Of a stretch of DNA of 64,000 nucleotides, positions 58,713-64,000 are shown one piece after another; position 1 is the stretch's first letter, and the number at the start of each line of letters is the position of its first letter. The notes beneath the pieces are model-generated. The model was not told where the DNA came from, searched no databases, and was given only the letters and a program-made list of their open reading frames with translations. The position numbers and the translations under genes were made by a program. Source of the DNA: an uncultured delta proteobacterium (lineage in GTDB: Bacteria; Myxococcota_A; Polyangia; Polyangiales; JAFGIB01); contig CAVZVA010000010.1 in the NCBI GenBank assembly GCA_963778655.1, forward strand, positions 1,472,001 to 1,536,000. The letters are read 5' to 3'.

Positions 58713-60833
58713 TCAGCGCCGCGGGCGGGCGGCTCGCGTCGGCGCGCGCGCCTGCACGCTCACGCGGTCGACCGCCAGCTCGTCTTGCTCGTAGCGCACC
58801 TCGAGCGCGAGCGGCGCCGGCTGGCGCAGCGTGAAGTCGACGGCCAGCGGCGCCAGCGCCGTGGCGAAGGGCAGGGCGCTCTTGCCGCAGCGCAGGCGCG
58901 CGGATCGGGAGGGCTGGCCGCCCGCGCGCACGGCCACTTTGCCCGGTTCTTCGCCCGGCAGCCCGTGGCAGCGGTAACGCACCCAGAAGCTGACGCGGTA
59001 GGCGCCGGCTGGGAGCTCCGGGGTGAGCGCGTGGGCCAGGCTGAAGCTCTCGGCCTTTTCCCACAGCCGCGGCTCGACCCGCCGCAGCGCGTGCCCCGAG
59101 GCGCGCGCGTCCGCGGCCAGCGTGAAGTCGCGATCGCTTGCCATCTGCTCGGCTTCGAAGGTGAGTGGCCCGCGCGCGAGCACAGAGGCGAGCGCGCCGC
59201 TGGCGAAGGGCGCCTCGGCCAGATGGCCGAAGAAGGCGTAGGCGCCGCCGGCGCGCACCACGCGGATGCCGTGGCGCGGTCCGAGCTCGCGCGGCAGCAC
59301 GCCCTCGCTGACCCACGCATCGAAGGGCCCGCCGGCCGCGTGCGGGCTCTGCCAGGGCGGCGTGGTCTCGCGCGAGCCGGGGCCGAAGAAGGTGTTGCGC
59401 GCGTAGGAGTGCATGTCCATGCGCGCGTCGACCGCGACGTGGTGCGCGCCCAGGCGCTGCAGCGCGAGGCCCAGCACCGACAGCGGATCGCTTTCGCTGG
59501 CGCGATAGGCGGGCCGCGCCAGCGTCCCCGAAAGCAGCAGCGCGCCGAGCGCGGCGCCCACGCCGAGCAGGGGCCCGCGCGGCATCGGCAGCTCGCGCGC
59601 GCCCCAGGCGATCGCCGCCGACAGCAGGACCGCGAGCGCCAGACCCGGCAGCAGCTCGTGGGTGGCCACCGCCAGCGAGTACACCAGGCCCGCGGCGCCC
59701 GCCGCCGCGGCCAGCTGCCGCGTGCGCTCGGGCGGCGGCCCGCTGATCGCGGCCTCGAAGCAGCACGCCGCCAGAAACGCCTGGCCGAGCGCGAGCGGCG
59801 GCACGAAGGAGAGCGCGTACCAGGGCAAGATGGCGCGCGAGCCGACGCCGAACGCGAGCCACGCACAGCCCAGCCAGAGCGCGATCAGCCGTGCCGGGGC
59901 GCGGTCGGCGGCGGCCTCGCGCGGCGGCGTCCACAGCAGCAAGAGCAGCCCCAGCACCGAGATCTGCCAGCACATCGGCACGGCGTCGAGGTCGAGCTGG
60001 TCCTCGATACGGTTGAGGTAGTTCTGGTGGTGGATGCCGTTGAAACCGGTCACGCGCGAGACGATCGCGTGCTGCCACAGCACGTCCTGCAGCGCCGGGC
60101 CCACCTTGCGATAGAGCGCGATAAGCCACGTCACGGCGACCACGAACGGCAGTCCCAGCGCGGGCAGCGTGCGCGCCATCAGCACCCCGAGCCGCTCGCG
60201 GCGCAGCTCGCTCAGCTCGATCAGCACGATCGGCACCACCGCCAGCGCGCACACCAGCTGCTTGAGCATGAAGGCGGCGGCGATCGCGAGGCCGGTCGCG
60301 AACGCCCAGCCGAGTCGTCCGGCCCCCGCGCTGCGGCGCGCGCGCGCGTGCGCGTACAGGGCCGCGAGCACCAGGCACACCAGCGGCGCCTCGATCGTGG
60401 CGGTGCGGCCGAAGTGATAGGCTCCGTGCGAGATCAGCCACGCCGCGCCCCAGGCGAAGCCCAGCCAGGTGCCGCGCCGGCCGGGCTCGAGCAGGCGGCC
60501 GAACGCCAGCGCGAGCAGCGCGGTCAGCAGGGTCGCCAGCGCGAACGGCAGCCGCAAGGCGAACAGCGACGGCCCCAGCAGGCGAAAGCTCGCCGCGACC
60601 AGCCAGACCGAAAGCGGCGGCTTGGAGAACTTGACCGCGCCGACCGGGAACTTGCCCTGCGCGTTGACGACGTGCAGCCAGGTGTCGTAGTGCAGCGCGG
60701 TGCGGCCGTACATGCCGTACAGGCCTTCGTCGTAGACCTCGAGCATGCCGTTGCCGAGGCGGTCGAAGACCAGCAGGGCGCCCAGCAGCAACAGCGAGAG
60801 CAGCGCCAGCCGGAAGTGTCGGCGCTCGCTCAT
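58713..60833 (-). CDS. ArnT/GT39-like membrane glycosyltransferase with a C-terminal soluble domain
   Basis: YDEGLY, SKPPLSVW, FALRLP, many TMs. Start trimmed from the 1395-aa ORF, whose N-terminal half is antisense to the kinase; 60911 is an alternative start. Confidence 0.85.
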   Translation of the reverse strand: MSERRHFRLALLSLLLLGALLVFDRLGNGMLEVYDEGLYGMYGRTALHYDTWLHVVNAQGKFPVGAVKFSKPPLSVWLVAASFRLLGPSLFALRLPFALATLLTALLALAFGRLLEPGRRGTWLGFAWGAAWLISHGAYHFGRTATIEAPLVCLVLAALYAHARARRSAGAGRLGWAFATGLAIAAAFMLKQLVCALAVVPIVLIELSELRRERLGVLMARTLPALGLPFVVAVTWLIALYRKVGPALQDVLWQHAIVSRVTGFNGIHHQNYLNRIEDQLDLDAVPMCWQISVLGLLLLLWTPPREAAADRAPARLIALWLGCAWLAFGVGSRAILPWYALSFVPPLALGQAFLAACCFEAAISGPPPERTRQLAAAAGAAGLVYSLAVATHELLPGLALAVLLSAAIAWGARELPMPRGPLLGVGAALGALLLSGTLARPAYRASESDPLSVLGLALQRLGAHHVAVDARMDMHSYARNTFFGPGSRETTPPWQSPHAAGGPFDAWVSEGVLPRELGPRHGIRVVRAGGAYAFFGHLAEAPFASGALASVLARGPLTFEAEQMASDRDFTLAADARASGHALRRVEPRLWEKAESFSLAHALTPELPAGAYRVSFWVRYRCHGLPGEEPGKVAVRAGGQPSRSARLRCGKSALPFATALAPLAVDFTLRQPAPLALEVRYEQDELAVDRVSVQARAPTRAARPRR

Positions 60834-61067
60834 CCGGGGGGCTCGGAGGCGCGCCGGCGGCTCGGGCCCGCGCGGCGGCCGCTGGCGGCTCTGGGCGGCA
60901 TGACCGGCCATGTAACGCAGGCGGCCGGACGATGGAAGCGCCCGGCTGCAGCGTTTGTTTCCAATCACCCGCCCGCGCGCGCCAGCGTGGCGTCTGGGCC
61001 GCCGTCCTAGTACCATGCGGGCCGCGCGCAAGCGTATCGGTGCGCGCATGCCACGCGGGGTGCGGCG

Positions 61068-62768
<1,701 letters not shown>

Positions 62769-63098
62769 GATCCGAGCACAAATAAGCTGCTCAGTTGCGG
62801 CTCGTGGGCGGGCGCGTTCGCGGCTTTCGTCCTCGAAAGAATCCTCGAGATACATCGAGTATTCCTGTGGTTTTTTCTGCGGGCACGCTCGCGATCGCAC
62901 TGCGCCGACAAGTCGGCCGTGAGCAGGTTATTTGTGCTCGGCCCCTTAGGGCTGTCCCTGATTGCGCTGGCTACTGCGTCCGAAGATCGCCGCGCTCTCG
63001 GCGTGTAGCCGCCGGCAGGTTGCGCGCGCCCATTGCTATTTAATCAAAGGCTGCGATGCTTGCCCGTGGCGGCGTCGGCCGTCGCGGCGGAGGTCACG

Positions 63099-63233
63099 AT
63101 GGGCGACAAGTCACCGAAGGCGAAGCAACGCGGCCAAAAGCAAAAGGAAGCGTTGAAGCAGCAGAACGTCTCCAAAGCGAAAGCGAAACAGGTCGGGCAG
63201 GCGCAGCAAGCGTCGGCTCGAGGCAAGAAGTAG
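63099..63233 (+). CDS. Small basic Lys/Gln-rich protein (44 aa)
   Basis: GGAGGT RBS; MGDKSPKAKQRGQKQKEALKQQ..RGKK. Confidence 0.65.
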   Translation: MGDKSPKAKQRGQKQKEALKQQNVSKAKAKQVGQAQQASARGKK

Positions 63234-63320
63234 CCGGCGAATTCGTGGCTCCCGACTGCGTCGCGTCCGGCGCGTGGAGCTCCGGCGCGCGGGCACACGG
63301 GAATCGGTCGAATGAGTGCA

Positions 63321-63698
63321 ATGCGGCGGCGTGACGCGGGTCAGATCGAAGCGACGGCCGAACACCGGCGCCGCGAGGACGCCGCCCCGCGCCTGCGCGA
63401 CGAAATCGAGCATCTCGAGAGCTTGCGTTTCCACTTCGAGGATCTGCGCCCGGAAGGCCAAACGCCGGCAATCGCCTACACCAGGCCGATCGTCGTCGCG
63501 ACCGCACCGGCGCACTTCGAGGTGCGCTGCATGGATGCGCGCTGCAACGGACGCCACGATCTGAGCCAACCCGTGCTCCACGCACTGCGCCAATCCAAAA
63601 CCTTCTTTGCAGGGCAAAGCCCCTGCGGCGGCATGATCGGCGACATGGCTTGCGATCACACGCTGGCGTACAAGTGCGAGGCGACCTACGCGGAATGA
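63321..63698 (+). CDS. Hypothetical protein with four Cys and a His (possible Zn-binding)
   Basis: RRREDAAPRL..CMDARCNGRHDL..C.G..C..LAY; coding-like codon usage. Confidence 0.7.
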   Translation: MRRRDAGQIEATAEHRRREDAAPRLRDEIEHLESLRFHFEDLRPEGQTPAIAYTRPIVVATAPAHFEVRCMDARCNGRHDLSQPVLHALRQSKTFFAGQSPCGGMIGDMACDHTLAYKCEATYAE

Positions 63699-63784
63699 TG
63701 ACATGGCAAGGTTTGCGAGCCCCGAGTCGCGCGAGATTCCTTCCGGAGGCACACGCCGCCTTCGAACGCCGAGGTGATGGGAGA

Positions 63785-64000
63785 ATGGACACTACGAAGC
63801 TCGAGCGGGTCAACGAAGTGGTCGCAGGCACCCGCCCAGTTTCGGAAGGGTGCCGCGTGGGGGCCGATCAAGAGATCATCGACGCCGTCGTCAGCGAGGG
63901 CAATGCGCTGCTGCGCGAGCTGTTTCGGCGAGGCCTGAGCAGCGAGGCGGTACGCGCGCGTGCGGATCAGATCGGCTTGACCCGGGAATTCGTCAAACAG
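63785..64000 (+). CDS. Hypothetical protein, partial (runs off the window end)
   Basis: GGGAGA before ATG 63785; frame open to the end (MDTTKLERVNEVV..REFVKQ). Confidence 0.5.
   Translation, partial: MDTTKLERVNEVVAGTRPVSEGCRVGADQEIIDAVVSEGNALLRELFRRGLSSEAVRARADQIGLTREFVKQ

Overview
Very GC-rich bacterial DNA. The gene content points to a myxobacterium (inferred Polyangiales-like): Cys-rich lipoproteins, a PEGA/TPR protein, vWA lipoproteins, Ser/Thr kinases and sigma-54 activators. The window holds about 50 CDSs and no recognisable rRNA, tRNA, CRISPR array or transposase. Metabolic genes include 3-hydroxyacyl-CoA dehydrogenase, a UbiD-family decarboxylase, a BBE-type FAD oxidase, a Pat acetyltransferase, an aldehyde dehydrogenase, a long-chain acyl-CoA synthetase, aconitase, a heterodimeric ABC exporter and a phospholipase C-like enzyme; there are also several GT-C/GT2 envelope genes. 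The best candidate for an undescribed system is 50556-58691. It has a DUF4266 lipoprotein divergent from an 8-gene run: four exported proteins with c-type heme motifs (two motifs non-canonical), a DUF2271-like lipoprotein with a flavinylation-like motif, a DUF3570-like barrel, a second probable barrel and a Cys-rich lipoprotein. No ApbE or thioredoxin gene lies in the locus. The 30.3-36.9 kb stretch is decaying: an amber-interrupted Zn-finger gene, a collapsed nirB/nasA relic, a CBS remnant, and two vWA lipoprotein genes frameshifted just after the signal peptide. Three families of small palindromic intergenic elements are present. All family assignments come from motif recognition by eye, not database searches.
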